A stretch of DNA of 64,000 nt from Ptychomitrium polyphyllum (taxonomy: Eukaryota). The DNA lies in contig OZ316776.1 in NCBI GenBank assembly GCA_973851085.1, positions 7,626,001 through 7,690,000 of the forward strand, read 5' to 3'. The translations under genes were made by a program, and so were the position numbers. This document shows, one piece after another, positions 35,696-49,272 of the stretch; the first letter of the stretch is position 1; the number at the start of each line of letters is the position of its first letter. The notes beneath the pieces were generated by a model. It had not been told where the DNA came from and searched no databases. It saw only the letters and a list, made by a program, of their open reading frames with translations.

Positions 35696-38600
35696 TTTGC
35701 ACAGCTGTTATGAATGATTATTTTCTCTCCCTAGGTCGTACGTCAGTAGCCTCACAGATTTAACTAACTCTGCAAAAAACAGAAAGATCAGCGCTCTCAC
35801 TACTATCACTTGGTTTCAATGAGTCTAGTACTCAAGTGCCCGCAATTTCCTAAAATGCAGCCTGGGATAGAATGAAGCGGAAAAGTCCAACAATGAAGTT
35901 CCGTGTCACCGGCCTGGCTAGCTCAATGAACACATGAAGACTACTGAACAAATTTCAACTATGTCAGCCTGACGAGATCAACTTGTAGGGGCCAGACAAA
36001 GCAAAAGACATGGACCCATCTGACACCCAACTACTCAAAGAGGCCCTGCAATGCTGAATCTACACACTACACCTCTGGCAATGATAGTACCACAGCAACC
36101 ACGAAGAAAATGAGCTCTTCAAATCACCTCACGAGAATCAAAAGTGCTAGTTTGCACAGAAACTAAGAGAGAATTCAACGAAGTGATGTTGATATCAAGG
36201 ACAATAAACTTTCCAGACCATTGATTGAATATCAATCTAGCACCTTAGACTAGACAGTAGAGCAGTACTGTAGTCACGCTAGTCCACCAGCATGTAACAC
36301 AGAACGAGAGTACTCCTTCTCCAAATGACCCCAGAGTAGAGAGACAGAACTAGGACTAACTCCGGTTTGGTAGTTTGTCGTTCCCAGAAGTCCAAATGTG
36401 GTTGTGAAGGTTCGTCCTCGGGAATTATTCAAAGCGCTTAGAACCTTCATGTCCACATGGCAGTCAAGGGGAACGATGTGAACTTGCTGCCGAATTCAAC
36501 GGTAAAGTGAGATTATTGGCGTATCAATAAGGAAATTCCTTAGTAAAGCTCCTGGAGAACATGGCAGCCGTCAAGGTTTTAACTGAGCCGCAGAACCTCA
36601 AGAGTAGGGTTCGCATCCCCAGCTTCTACCGGTGATCAGTAGCATGCGCCATGCGAATTGGTAATGCAATAAGAGGACGGCATCACTACCAGATCATTTG
36701 CAGAGCAAAAGATTCGTTCCAGTGCTCCCTTTGTGCATGCTCATACACTGCCGGGACTACGTCATTAGATTTCGTAAGCACCAAGCTAGGATGCTTCTTG
36801 CTTGCTTGCAACAGCTCATGAGGTATTTTCGATTCCTTGACCAGCTCATGAGTTCGACAGTGACTCGTGAGATCAGTTTTATATCATTTCGTTGAGCTGC
36901 GTCTAGAACGACAAAGCATGTTCCCATTCCTGTCACTTGCCTGCAAGCACTTATCAGCTCTTGCGCCAGTCAGGCGCTCGTGAGCACCCAGTTGATTTCT
37001 CCGGTTGATAGTGAATAGTGAAACAATGAATAGTGAATAGTGAATTATCAGCCGACAGTTAGACTTTGAGGAATACTGTTGTAACTATACTTCTGAGTTT
37101 TTAGGAAATTCCTGTCGTACAGTGGCGGCAATTATTCATCAGATCATAAATGCCGTCAACATAAACAGACACTGATGAACTTCCCTAAAGCGATCCAGAG
37201 TGTTTAATAAACCTGTAGTTATATAACATAACTACTCAACGTTGTAGTTGTTTAACTTTCCCGCTTGTAAGTTTTTTTGAATGCTATCTAAGATAGTGAT
37301 TTTATATTAAGCAATTACCATATGGCATAACATTCACTGAGCATATACCAAGTTCACTATTAAAATTCTTCAAACAGCATCCAAATGCTACAAGCATCCA
37401 AAAATATGTTTATAAAATAGAAAAGATGAGTATGTAATCTAATTTTAAGTTCAAATTCATAATATTTCAGTGAAATCTGGATTTTTAGAGAGATGGAAGT
37501 TCATCTCACCCTTTTGAAATCAATACCTTACCGTCTAGACATTGCCGATGTTCAAACTTTTATTGCACTGACCTCATCAAAATGGCATAGATGTTTCATT
37601 TAGTTGATAACCATCATCACAAGGTATGTTGGAAGTTCAATGGATGATATTTGGATGATTAGCATAGGACTAAAAGTTTTCAGAGACTGAGTACATGTAC
37701 TACATGTACTAAATATTAAAGTTTAAATATATGTATTAAATATTTACTTTTTTAAGTACATGTATTCAGCTTCCAACACTATGAACACATATTCAAATAC
37801 ATTTAATGAATTTGAAGTACACCAAAGTACAAAATTGGACTCATAGAAGGTTTAGTGAAGCAAGCTTTGTATGTGCTAAGCCAAGGCACTAAATTTGGAA
37901 GCCAAGTGCTAGACAATATTGTAGAAACTTATACATGACATGTTATGTGCACAGCATTTTAAAACATGTATTTTTCACCTTCCCTCTTGTGGACCGCTCT
38001 TTGCCTTAAGTACCCATGTTTGGGGCTAAAATTCTTTGCTCCTCCTCTCCTGCAAGAGGTGTAAACCGGCCCTCAGAGAACCTCGTTGTATCTGTTGTAT
38101 CCCACAAGCCAAGCGATGCTTTAGAAATCCAGTGCTTTAGTTTGACAAGAAATAAAGCACAGATTAGTGGCAGGTTGCATGGGATGCCAACAAAGACTGG
38201 GTTGACTATGGGCATATGGGAACAAGGGAAGTCGTAGGGGTGGACGATAATCCAGCCTGGAGTTGTGCCAGCTTGCTGTTTGATCTCAGCCTCACAATTT
38301 GCATAATACTGTCCCCAAATGAGCCTGGGCGACACTCGTCTACACTACAGTGCTGGGGGCAAGGGAGGTAGACATGACAACATGCAAACGTGCAAACAGG
38401 CACACAGCCCTTGCGACAGTGATTAGCCAGAACAATGGCCGCTCTTCCCCATACCAAATCGGACCTAATGTTTATAATGTGCAAACATCTCCCATGTGTG
38501 TTTGGTTGTCTACAGTTCAAATTCACGCGCATGAATAACATACATTGTGCACTCAATTTCATTCTTTTGATCCTAGATTCACATGCCTATGACCCCTGAA

Positions 38601-38899
38601 TCATGTTTATTTTCACTATTGACTCTTCTCATTCTAAAGAACAGAAAGAGAAAATTAATTTTAGCAAAAATTACTACCCACCCCATTGTAGAGGCGTTGA
38701 ATTTGTAAATTTATTGAAGTGCTTAGTTTTAAGAATTTATAAGAACTTCAAATTGTAATACATTCTAAACATAGTAAACTTTGTTTTGCTTGTTTAACTT
38801 TGGAAACAAAAAACATTGATTTTGCTGCTTAAATGGAGTCTTGATGAAAATTTCAAGAACTCGATTGCTATACATAATCATCTACTTTTACTTGATTTT

Positions 38900-40272
38900 T
38901 TGATGCTTAAACCTTGTTTGGAATCCTAAACAAAATTTCATAAATTAAATTAATTGGAAGTAATTGCAAGAGCACCAAAATCCTGTCACATAAAGCATTG
39001 GATGGAAGTTGTCTACATTTGAAGATAAAATGTAATTTTAATGCTTGTAAGAAATTTCTTATAAAATTGGATTGAAGAATCACCATGTCTATTATTCTAA
39101 ACAAAATTTTATCATTTTTCTATTAAATTTAATAATTTTGTCTCAAACAAAACAACATAATGTCATGATTGTTTAAGATCCCTTTAGAAATGTGCATAAG
39201 TAAAACTTATCAAGTCTAATTTTGTGATATTTTTTTCAATTCCAAATTTCTAAAAATTGAGCACTTTATTGTAATTTTAAGTCATGTGGATTAAAATCTA
39301 AACTATATTTTATAGCATGTTCACTTATAATAGGAATTAAACTATATGAATTTTATCATTTAATGAAGTATCAAGACTTTTGGATTGTTTTGAGTTTTAA
39401 ATTTTTTTATATTGCAGAATAATTTCAAGCTTGACATTAAATCAAATATTTTCAATTGAATTTATACAAGTTAAATAATTTATTTTAATTAATATTTTAT
39501 TATTCATGGTATGATTTGATAAGTTGATATTGTTAATTAAACATCTTGACTGCTTATACACCAATTATAATCTTGATGATTGCAAAATGCGGCTTACAAT
39601 ATATTAAAAACATGGTCTCTTATAACATTGAGATTAATATCCAATTCTATAAGCTTTTTGGATATTCTTTTTACCTAAAATTTTGTTAAGTTTTTAAACA
39701 TAGGTCTAATTAAATGTTAAGAATAATTCAATACATTCTACAAATGAAATTTTTAATTTGAATACCAAATAAACCTTAAAATTCCACCAAAAATTAAATC
39801 ATTAGTTCTAAAATTAAAACTTGTTATGATTTATCAAAATATTGATGTTGATGTATTGATTGTATAACTTAGAAAAATAATTTTCATATATTTCACATAC
39901 AACATGTAATAGTTACAAAGTCTTGAATGTCATATATAATAAATAACAATCTTTGTTTTATTTTTTCTAAATTGAAGAAATGGATCTTTTTACATTATTC
40001 AAAAACATATTTTAGCAATGATTGTAAATATATCAATGATGAATTTTAAATGACTATAATATTAAAGATCAAATATACATTTGAACATCATCAAAAATTA
40101 ACATTTTAATTTTAGGGTATTTTTTAAAATATTTAATTTGTAATACTTTATATGCATTTTAATAAAAGAAGGTACTCAAAGTTGGTAATCTTTTATTTCT
40201 CCTATTATATATAAGTTATTATACTTATTATATAAATTAGAACCAATTTAAACATCCATGATTCTATATTGG

Positions 40273-40303
<31 letters not shown>

Positions 40304-41700
40304 ATAATATAAATATAGATGATTAGATAAATATATAAAGTAGAGGAATTGTACAATTTATAAAATCCACACTTAAAGTTTGATTAACAAATCTTCATTA
40401 AAAATACAAAATAACCAACTTTTTTAAATTTGAATATAATTGGTTAGAATTTAAAAATATATGTCTAACAAGATGCTTAAATATTCATTCTACATCATTA
40501 CATTCAAAGTGTTTATTTTGCTTAGTTCTTCAATGCACTTATTTAAAATGGTGATTAATAAAATAAATTTTAGAAATCTTAACAACTTATAATCATATTA
40601 AGAAAATATGTTTTTTTAGTCAATTTTAAATAAATTCAAAAACACAAAATAATATCATATTTTTTGCAAATATTATTTTAAAATATCTTACATATGGAAT
40701 CTAAAAGTTTTAGATTATAGGTTTTATATTCTATAAATTTTAAATTTTAAAAACTTCAAAGTGATTATTTAATTGTTTAAAATATAGATTATTTTACATT
40801 TAGTATTAATCTTTTAAATAATATAAAGATAATATCCAATTTTTTCTAATTTATAAAAGCTATAATTTTGAAATTTGTTAATATGCCTTTTTATTAAGTT
40901 CATTTGGCCTCTATTCATTTTTGAAGTATTACTCATGATTGTTTATATAAGTTATGATAGAATTACATTCTTATTATTTAGCACATTACATATATAATAA
41001 AAATGCTTATTTATAATATTATAAGTTTGGAAATAAGATCTACCAACTAATTTGAAAATAGCATAATTATTATAAATTGGAAAATAAAATGTTGTTACAA
41101 GGTTACATTAAAACTTCCAACTAAATAAATTAAAGTCAAATTATATAAAAGAATTGATTAAAACCATCCAATGGATATTAAAATACATGACTTTAGAAAT
41201 AATTGAATTTTTTTTATTAAATTTTTTTAATACAAACAATGCAATTAAAGTTAGCAATGGTAGTATTAAATTGTAGGTTGTATGTGAAAAGCTTTATTAT
41301 ATGATTTCACAATTTTGATATAATAATTTATTATGCAATTAAAGTAATATCTATTATTTTTTTAGTACACTTCTCAATTCATAATTTGGACTTTTTAAAG
41401 ACCTTTAGAAAGCAAGACAAAATCATTAGTGCCTATTCTATTTCCAAAAAAGTGCATAACTATATTAAAGCCTGTTATCCAATTCATACATTCATTTAAG
41501 TTGAAATATATTTATTTTTCAAAAAATACTTTAATATACATTCTAAGAACATTTTGAATTCCTGGCATTGGTTTTGAACATATATCATTTTTGATTGCAT
41601 CTATTGGTACTATATGTTTTAATCATTTGATTATATTTACAAAATTTAAGGTAAAGAATTCACTTTGTAATAAATTATGTATCAAAATTAACAAAATAGT
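38900..41700 (-). pseudogene. Possible highly eroded NB-LRR pseudogene
   Basis: Short minus-strand peptides in an AT-rich region: FHM*DILK (MHD-like), KRLPTLS, CKKIHF, DYNWCIS, NITKLDL and LQALKLHFIFKCRQL. Weak evidence. Confidence 0.3.
40274..40300. repeat. (AT)n microsatellite
   Basis: About 13 AT units. Confidence 0.95.
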
Positions 41701-41801
41701 GCATTATTTGAACCAAATGTTTAATCAATATATTAATCTAAGCAATATTATAGACAAAATAACTACAAAGCAAAGCTACAAATTTTTTGAAAAATAAGTT
41801 A

Positions 41802-42201
41802 TGTTCAAGATATATTAGAAGTAAAGAGTTATAACAAGGTACAAAGTCAAGGCAAGAAAGTCTAAATTAGACTACAAGAGATGCGTTGTTGAATCTAAAG
41901 ATCTCTTTAGCCTTGTTTCCTATATATACTATGACTACAAGCCTTATAAGGTTCTTGAGAAACTTCTAATATAATACTTTGTATTCAAGCAACCTTAAAT
42001 TATTTCTTTGAAAGTTTATTTAGACAAGGTAACTTCCTTTGGAAGCTTCCTTAGCTAAAATAACTTCCTTAGAAGCTCCTCTAGCCAAGGTAACTTTGTT
42101 AGAAGTGTCCTCAATGAATGAAATTTCTTTAGAAGCTTCTTTGGCTCTTTAAAACCTTCTAAAAACCTTTATAGAAGCTTCTAATATATATGTCCATGAC
42201 A
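41802..42201 (-). mobile_element. Gypsy-type LTR (400 bp), probably the 3' LTR of a truncated element whose internal remnant runs to about 42700
   Basis: Minus strand reads TGTCATGGACATATATATTAGAAGC...CTTGAACA and is preceded by purine-rich AGAAGAGGAGATGA (PPT-like). Homologous to 2067-2320. Confidence 0.8.
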
Positions 42202-42492
42202 TCATCTCCTCTTCTAGTTTTGAAGTGTCTAAGAAGCATGTTGCAAGAAGTACTGAGAATCATAGAAAATCAAAAAATTGTGCATGGTATCTGTAACATA
42301 TTCCAATTGCCTTTCACAATTTAAATGATTTATAAGTCCTTGCAACCATTGAAGGTAACCAATACCTTCTATTTAAAACCAAACATGAACTTATGTATCT
42401 TTATTGTTAAAGCGTTGTTCAAACACTCCTTTTATATAACCTTCATAAGCAAGCTTTATTTTGAAGATAATTACCAACAATCTAATATTGAG

Positions 42493-42623
42493 TATTCTTC
42501 AACATTTGATTATTCTTTATTCTTCAACGTTTGATTATTCTTTATTCTTCAACGTTTGATTATTCTTTATTCTTCAACGTTTGATTATTCTTTATTCTTC
42601 AATGTTTGATTATTCTTCAACGT
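42493..42623. repeat. 25-bp tandem repeat, ~5 copies (tattcttcaacgtttgattattctt)
   Basis: Directly visible; lies in the internal remnant next to the LTR. Confidence 0.93.
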
Positions 42624-42859
42624 CTTTGTGGTTTGAGATCATTGACGCGAGTCATTTGTTTGAATTGACACCATTAGTGTCAGAAGTATATATATGAACT
42701 ATTTAAAAAGGTTCTTAGAAGGTTTAGGAAGCTTTCAACAAAGCATTTAATTTGAATAGATCTTAGTAATGGAACTCACAAATTTAAACTAGCAAACTGG
42801 CAAAATTGTTAGTTGGCTTCCATGTGCGTTTGTTGATGTCATATTTGTGCCAATGGACC

Positions 42860-42891
42860 AACATTCTAACATTCTAACATTCTAACATTCT
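42860..42891. repeat. 8-bp tandem repeat (aacattct) x4
   Basis: Directly visible. Confidence 0.9.
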
Positions 42892-43810
42892 AATTCATTT
42901 CTAAAAGTTGGTAAATGTGGTTTAGAAATAACTTGGTAGTCTTATTGCATGGAATGAAATACAAACATCCAATGAAACACAAGGTAACAATTTGATATGA
43001 ATGTGATTGAATTGAAATTAATCAATTTCTTTTTTCTACTAGAAGTTATAGCTATATTGAAAACATACATCTCCTTTGTAAAAAAACCCAAGAATTAGTT
43101 CCCTTAATTGAATCTTCCAAAATGAATGCTTGATCTATGAAGATTGACATATATTGCATACACAATAAGAAATTTGTAAATTCACGGTAACTGTTCAAGA
43201 AAGCACAGCTATGTCGATCCCCTACAGGCTGCCTGAAACAGCCTTTGAATTTCTAAATCCAGATATGTATACATTGTAAAACAACTTTCAAATTCGATGG
43301 TAGAAGTATTCTAATATATGCACCAACCTTGTTCTCTCTTTTTAAAGATACGGAAGAATCTCTAAGTCTCCTAGACTCATCTGTTTCGAATACCTCCTAG
43401 GATTTCAAGCTAACTTAGGACTTCAAAAAACAATTTGCTCTTCACAGCACATATTGGTCATTGATTGACAGTGAGATCTAACACCTCCAAGTAGGGCTGT
43501 CCATATAGTCTGGTACATCTGGTGTGAGAACTTTCCGATCCCCTAATTAATCTCTTGCAAGATGACACCAGATGACTTCAACTTATTCTTCTCAAATCCG
43601 AATGAATGACACGATCACCAAGTTACAATTACAGCGACAGTATGAATTACGCTCAGTCTTCGTCGATGTCCGACATGTGATTAACAGGAGTAATGAGCAA
43701 TGCATCACTATCTACGAGCATCTATATACTTTCAGCATCTCTAAATTGAAAGTCATGAGAATTTCACGCCATGGCTCTTACAAGACATCCAGATACAATA
43801 CTTTCAACAG

Positions 43811-44047
43811 TCACTTCTTGCGCTGAACCTTATCCTTAATCCAACGAAGACTAGTAGAAGTGCCTGATTTCACCTTCTGTGCGCTCACTGTAGCAGCGCT
43901 CTTTGTCCTTTCCACACTATTGGTGGCTGCAGCCTTCACCTTCGCCAGCTTACTTCTCTTTCGCCCTCCCAGGGGCCCTCCCTCATCGAAGTGCTTGTCC
44001 CATTGGTCTGCCCAACCGTTAGAATCCTGTCTTTCGTAGGTGGCCAT
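43811..44047 (-). CDS. Small basic plant protein of unknown function (78 aa, WADQWD...WIKDK family)
   Basis: MATYERQDSNGWADQWD...KVKSGTSTSLRWIKDKVQRKK matches a small land-plant family pattern as recalled. Upstream 5'-UTR intron signals at about 44147-45434 and a TATA-like site near 45511. Confidence 0.78.
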   Translation of the reverse strand: MATYERQDSNGWADQWDKHFDEGGPLGGRKRSKLAKVKAAATNSVERTKSAATVSAQKVKSGTSTSLRWIKDKVQRKK

Positions 44048-47000
44048 TCTTGTGAATGATGTTGCCAAAGATGCCCCTCAAAGGACAAGGTGAAGAAGCC
44101 AGCAGCGAACTAAAATCGATGGTTGATCACAACGAGTCGACTGACCCTGCCAAACAACACTGCAATCAGAGTGGAATCAACGCACTTGGCTCAACAATAC
44201 ACCAGCTTCACCAGAAAAAAATGAAAGAACGAACAATTCGAGTTCACTCGAGATCTGCAAACGAACCGAATATAGACAAGGAACTTCATAGTTGTGCTAT
44301 GGCGTACAAGGATAAGATGCAAGGATCCAGAAATATTGGGCAGGCTCTTGTAGCGTATGCGAAGACAAGAAAAGAAATGACCAAGCTCAGTGGAAAAATA
44401 ATCAATTGATCCTTCAACGGAAAATGTTCCTTTCTAAGTTACGGACTAAGATGCACTCAGATACAGGACCTGCATTACTTGTTTCACCTAAATCTCCACA
44501 AGATCTCATTTATAAACGTTTACCTACTTTTTTCCCTCCTCTCAAAGGAACAAAGATCTCTCAAAAAGGGCACGGTGACATACTTCAATGACCCCTCTGA
44601 ACACCCTCTTCCAAACGAATCATTCTATTTTCCAAAGGTTCAATTTCTTCTGGATAAATGTGTTCCACGAAAAACCAAGGGAGTTTGTACGCCGAGTTTG
44701 AACTAGACCCATGCCTTTCTGGATTTACTGCCACAAGCCTTCACTATTGTTAATTTATCATCGACCTCCCAACTTCTAAGGTGAGGGTGAGTTGCCTCAA
44801 GCTGAAGAATCCAATGTTCAAAGGAGGACCAACGCGGCTGCTCAATCAAGAAAGAACAAACAAGAAAAGCAAGAAACTAATCTGCTTTAAAGTGACCAGC
44901 GGAAGGAAAGTTTTGGTAAGAAGACGATCCACACAATGCAAATCCTATATTTTTCAAAGAACGGGCAGAGAATGCAAAGCCAAATTATAAACTCCACAAC
45001 AATCACCAGACACCATTCCCTGACAACATTGCAAACTCTCCACACTGCGCAATTTCAGAGCTGTCTACCACCACCTCAAATCACATGAAGAAAACAGACC
45101 AAGGAACTAATATCACTCCAAAAGAATCAGATCAACTCGGCTGCTTAATCAAGAAACGAAGTAGAAAAGAAACTCAACCAAAAGCCAATAAAAGGATAAA
45201 CAACCAAAAAAACACCAGCAAAACGGGTGAGAAGACGGTCAACAGAAAACCTTAGCAATGCTAATCCTCGACTCTCAAAGAACGCAACGCCAAATTACAG
45301 ACTCCGCAACAATCAACATACTCTAAACCTTGAAAGCGTTTCAAATCCTCTACACTAGGCTATTTCAAAAGTTCTCTATCGCATTAAGAACTGATCACAA
45401 AGTGCGGTCCTAAGAAGAGAGTCCGTCGGCGCACCTGGTTGCTTGCTGGCAAGGGCAATCAGAGCGCAATAAAGAATGGGCAGGACGATTGCGGTCCAAG
45501 ACCGGAGAGGTTATAAGGATGCTCTCTTGCTCCCGCGCGCATGACACGGAAAATGAGAGAGACGATGCCTCATTCGTTCCCACGTTTAGAATCTGAGCTG
45601 GCCTCCATGTCGGATTAGGAGAAGCAGACAGGACAGCGGGAGAGACGACGCCTTAGTCGTCTTGACCCGTCGATTCTGAGTTGGCCGCCATGTCGAATCG
45701 CGAGATGGCATATCAAAGTAGGGGGACCTGGCTGCAGTAAAAAGTCAGTTTCGGTACTGTGTGCGCGAGACTGAGTTGGCCTACCGGTGGGCGATGATTG
45801 ATTGACTGACTGGAGAGGCAGACTATTTTAAGTTCCGTTTGCACAGAATAGGATAATCATTTCTACTGTTTGCTCGGTGAAGACTGTGTTGGTTAGTGCA
45901 GTAAGGTAGTTACATAGCAGGTTGAGGGTTTGTTGATGGAATTGCAATTTTCATATAGGATATCAAAAGAGTAATTAATCACAAAGGTGACAAATGTCAT
46001 TTCTTTCTTGCAAAAGTAATTATGTAGTGGTGTGTTTTCTATGTAACATGGGTGTGGTTGGACCTACTTTGGACTCAAGCTGGGGGTTGTTTTTGTGTAG
46101 TGTAGTCCTCTGTCAGTCTTTCCATGAAAGCAGGGTCATTCCCCAGTCAATCAGAGTCAGAGAGAGGTAGACATGCTTGGACATGTTTCATGTGTGAGAG
46201 TACTATCTCATTCTGTTGTGCAAGAGTTTGATTCATACAGTATGTATAATAATTTAAAGCAAGTCTCAATTATGAAGGAAGATGGAAAAGGGTCACAAAA
46301 AAGTGCTGGTGGGTATGTAGGTGCACTTAGTGCAGCACAGTTACTTCTGTTCATCACACTGGATAGACAGGAGCTCTGCTGTGTAAATCACAGTTGGTAT
46401 TTGGTTTTCCCTCCTTGCAGGCACTTATGCAATTATACAGTACAAGTGAGGCATGGATGCAATTTAAGAGTTCCCAGGCTCATGCACATGATTGAAAATG
46501 GAGGTGATTTTGATGGAGCTGGGTCTGGGACAGAGCATGTTTGGACCTCCTGGTCCTAATGTGCTCAGTTCAATGGATTATTGAGTGCAACTAAATTATT
46601 TCACACCCTCCTCTGACCGTGACCCCTATTCACATTGATCTACTTTTAGGTAACCCTTGTATTCATCCAAAGATAAGTCCAGATGAAGCCTTGCAAATCT
46701 TGGATCATCTTCCCTATGGGGCAACCATTCCAAGGCAAGTTCATTCTGTGGCAATTTGAACATGTCTGCTAGAAATTTACCATTGTGCCTAAACCTGCAA
46801 CCAGATTGCGGACATGGGTTGGATAACATGTGGCACAGGGTTGAAGCTTAGAGCAGCTAACTTTCCTAGAGGTGAAGGCTCATTGCTGTTGAGCTCCAAA
46901 CCATGTATGAGGGATCATGTGCTTATGCCTACTCAGAAACATGGTGATTGCCATAACATGCCTTTTGGCAGAGAAGTGGAGAGTAGAGGAGAGAAAAAAC

Positions 47001-49071
47001 CCACCACCTGAATCCGAAGGTCTAATGAAATGACTAAATATGAATGCCTGAGAGTGCAACATGCACTTGAACTTCCAGTAGCATAACCTACAAACTATAT
47101 ACTTTGAGCCAACAATATTTACCCGAATAGAAGGCAATTGGCCCATCTGTTCAGTATCAAATAAACAGATCAGGGAACCCTAATTTTCACTGCAGCAGGG
47201 CCATCATTTGCAAACTTCATATAATTCAATTGAATGCCACATGTTTTGTTAAGAACACATTGGAAGTTGGGCTAAGGGCCATGCCAGCACTGGAGGCCGG
47301 ATAACTTTCACTTCCTCTAAAATAGAAATGTCACAAACTAATAAAACCCATCTATCTAATCTATAAAATTGTGCAATACAGTGATATGCATGACCCTACA
47401 CCATCTTCTCGGAATTTGTGCAATTAATAGACTTTTCCTATTTAATCGACTTCAGGAAATAAAAACAACAAGCATAGACGTGTGGGGTCATGTATTTACA
47501 ATTTCATATCAGCTTATATAACAATTAGAGGGTCTGAAAAAAAATCACTTTGAAATTTGTAGTAAACTCAACATTGAAAACAAAAATACAAAAAAGTTTC
47601 ATTTCTCATGAACTATTCTTTCTTCTAAGAAGAAAATGTCTTTGTTAATACTACCACTTCACATAGGCTAGAAAGCTTGTATTATTGGTTTATGAAATGC
47701 AACTACTTACTTGTATAAAGCAATGGGAGATGTCTATTTTCAAGCAGTACCTCTCTTGTAGTAAACCCCAAAGACATTCAAAAACTTAATAAACTTATCC
47801 GTGGAGGTCCAATTCTTGAAATGCTGTAGTTGTGAATCAGGACTCTGTTTCATGTGGGTCAACAAGCCTGTGTGTTTAAACGGTGGTAAAGGAATCACGC
47901 CATGGGACGAAGTTTTCTTCTTCCTCTGTCTGTAATTAATTATAAAATTCAAAGAACTCCTTGGTAGTTTCTTTTCTAGACTTCGGATAAAATTTTCTTG
48001 TTTCTGGTATTTTTTTCCAAACCAATCAATCATATTATATTACATTTCTTTTCAAAAAGATAACAGCCATTACCGTACAGTGGTACAAATTTTTGTAAAA
48101 CTATTTTGCCTTGTTGTAAATGCAAGAGTTGTTTTCTTGGTGTTTTAGAAATATAAGTCTTTATAATACAAAAATCCAAAAATTTGAAGAAAACTGTCTT
48201 GCTTCCATTCTAAAGAAATTTTAATGTTCAAGTAAATTTTTAATGAATATTATGTGGATAGATTATGAATTTCTAAGTATTGCTTCATTAAATCATTGCA
48301 CCATGAGTAGCTCTAATGTCCATTTACTTTGCATTTTATTTTGAATTTTTATCTTTCCTTTGTTAATAATATGGTGTATATATCAAAACATTTAGAAATT
48401 TTGTTATACAATTAATGGAAAACAAAGTAAATTTAAATATCATAATTTCATCAAGTTATTCAATACTTTAATCAAGACATTGTTGTCACTTAATGTTGAA
48501 CAGTGTGTTTTAAACAACTCAAAAATTTCAAATATTCCAAAATAATAGATATATAAATATAATTAGCTACATCTTGAGCTCACATACAAAAGCTATAAAA
48601 AATGATACATATAATGTTTTGATAAGTTTTTAGAAGCACTTGATAGTTTTATCAATAATGTGCAACAATAAAAAAATAATCAAATGTAAGCAAATTACAA
48701 ATGAATAAAGAATGAAATCAACCATATTTTGATTGTCTAGTCTTTTAAAAGATATATAATCATATAAGAGGTTTATTTAGATCATGGCATTTTTAGATGG
48801 TGGAATGATGGAGAAAAAAAATAATGATATGTTTCTATTATTTTTATTAGTAAATTCACTTTTATTTTTATTTAGTATTAAAAAATCTTTTAATTTGAAA
48901 AAGTATTTTCAACTTCAGATTTTCAAAAAATGAATTAGAAGTGGATTTATGCCTATTGTATTGGAATATATTATTCTATTGTAGGCACAAATTGAAATGA
49001 AAAAAAAGATAAGATTATAGATGAAATTTTGATTAAGATAGAATTGAATTTACTAATAATTTAAAGTAAGG

Positions 49072-49272
49072 GCATTTAAAAACAATGAAGTGCTAATGGT
49101 GCCAATATATACTTCTTTTATCATTTAGAAAGGAAAATGTTCTTTTTGAATACATGTGTTTATTTTTAAGCCATTGAAATAGAATGCATATATTGTAAAG
49201 AAAAATATTCCTTCTCATGTTATGAAATGAAATATATGTTGGCACCATTAGCGTCTTGATATTTTTAGATGC
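49072..49272. other. ~200-nt imperfect fold-back inverted repeat
   Basis: Core 49092-49111 gctaatggtgccaatatata pairs with 49233-49252 tatatgttggcaccattagc (19/20, the exception a G-U wobble in RNA); the arms extend both inward and outward. Confidence 0.85.

Noticed and set aside
36554..36630. tRNA-like segment with GGTTCGCATCCC
   Set aside because: Only a T-loop-like motif; no convincing D-arm or acceptor stem.
46173..48033. Several 65-128 aa ORFs in an intergenic stretch
   Set aside because: No recognisable motifs or consistent exon chain; cannot be supported without a search.
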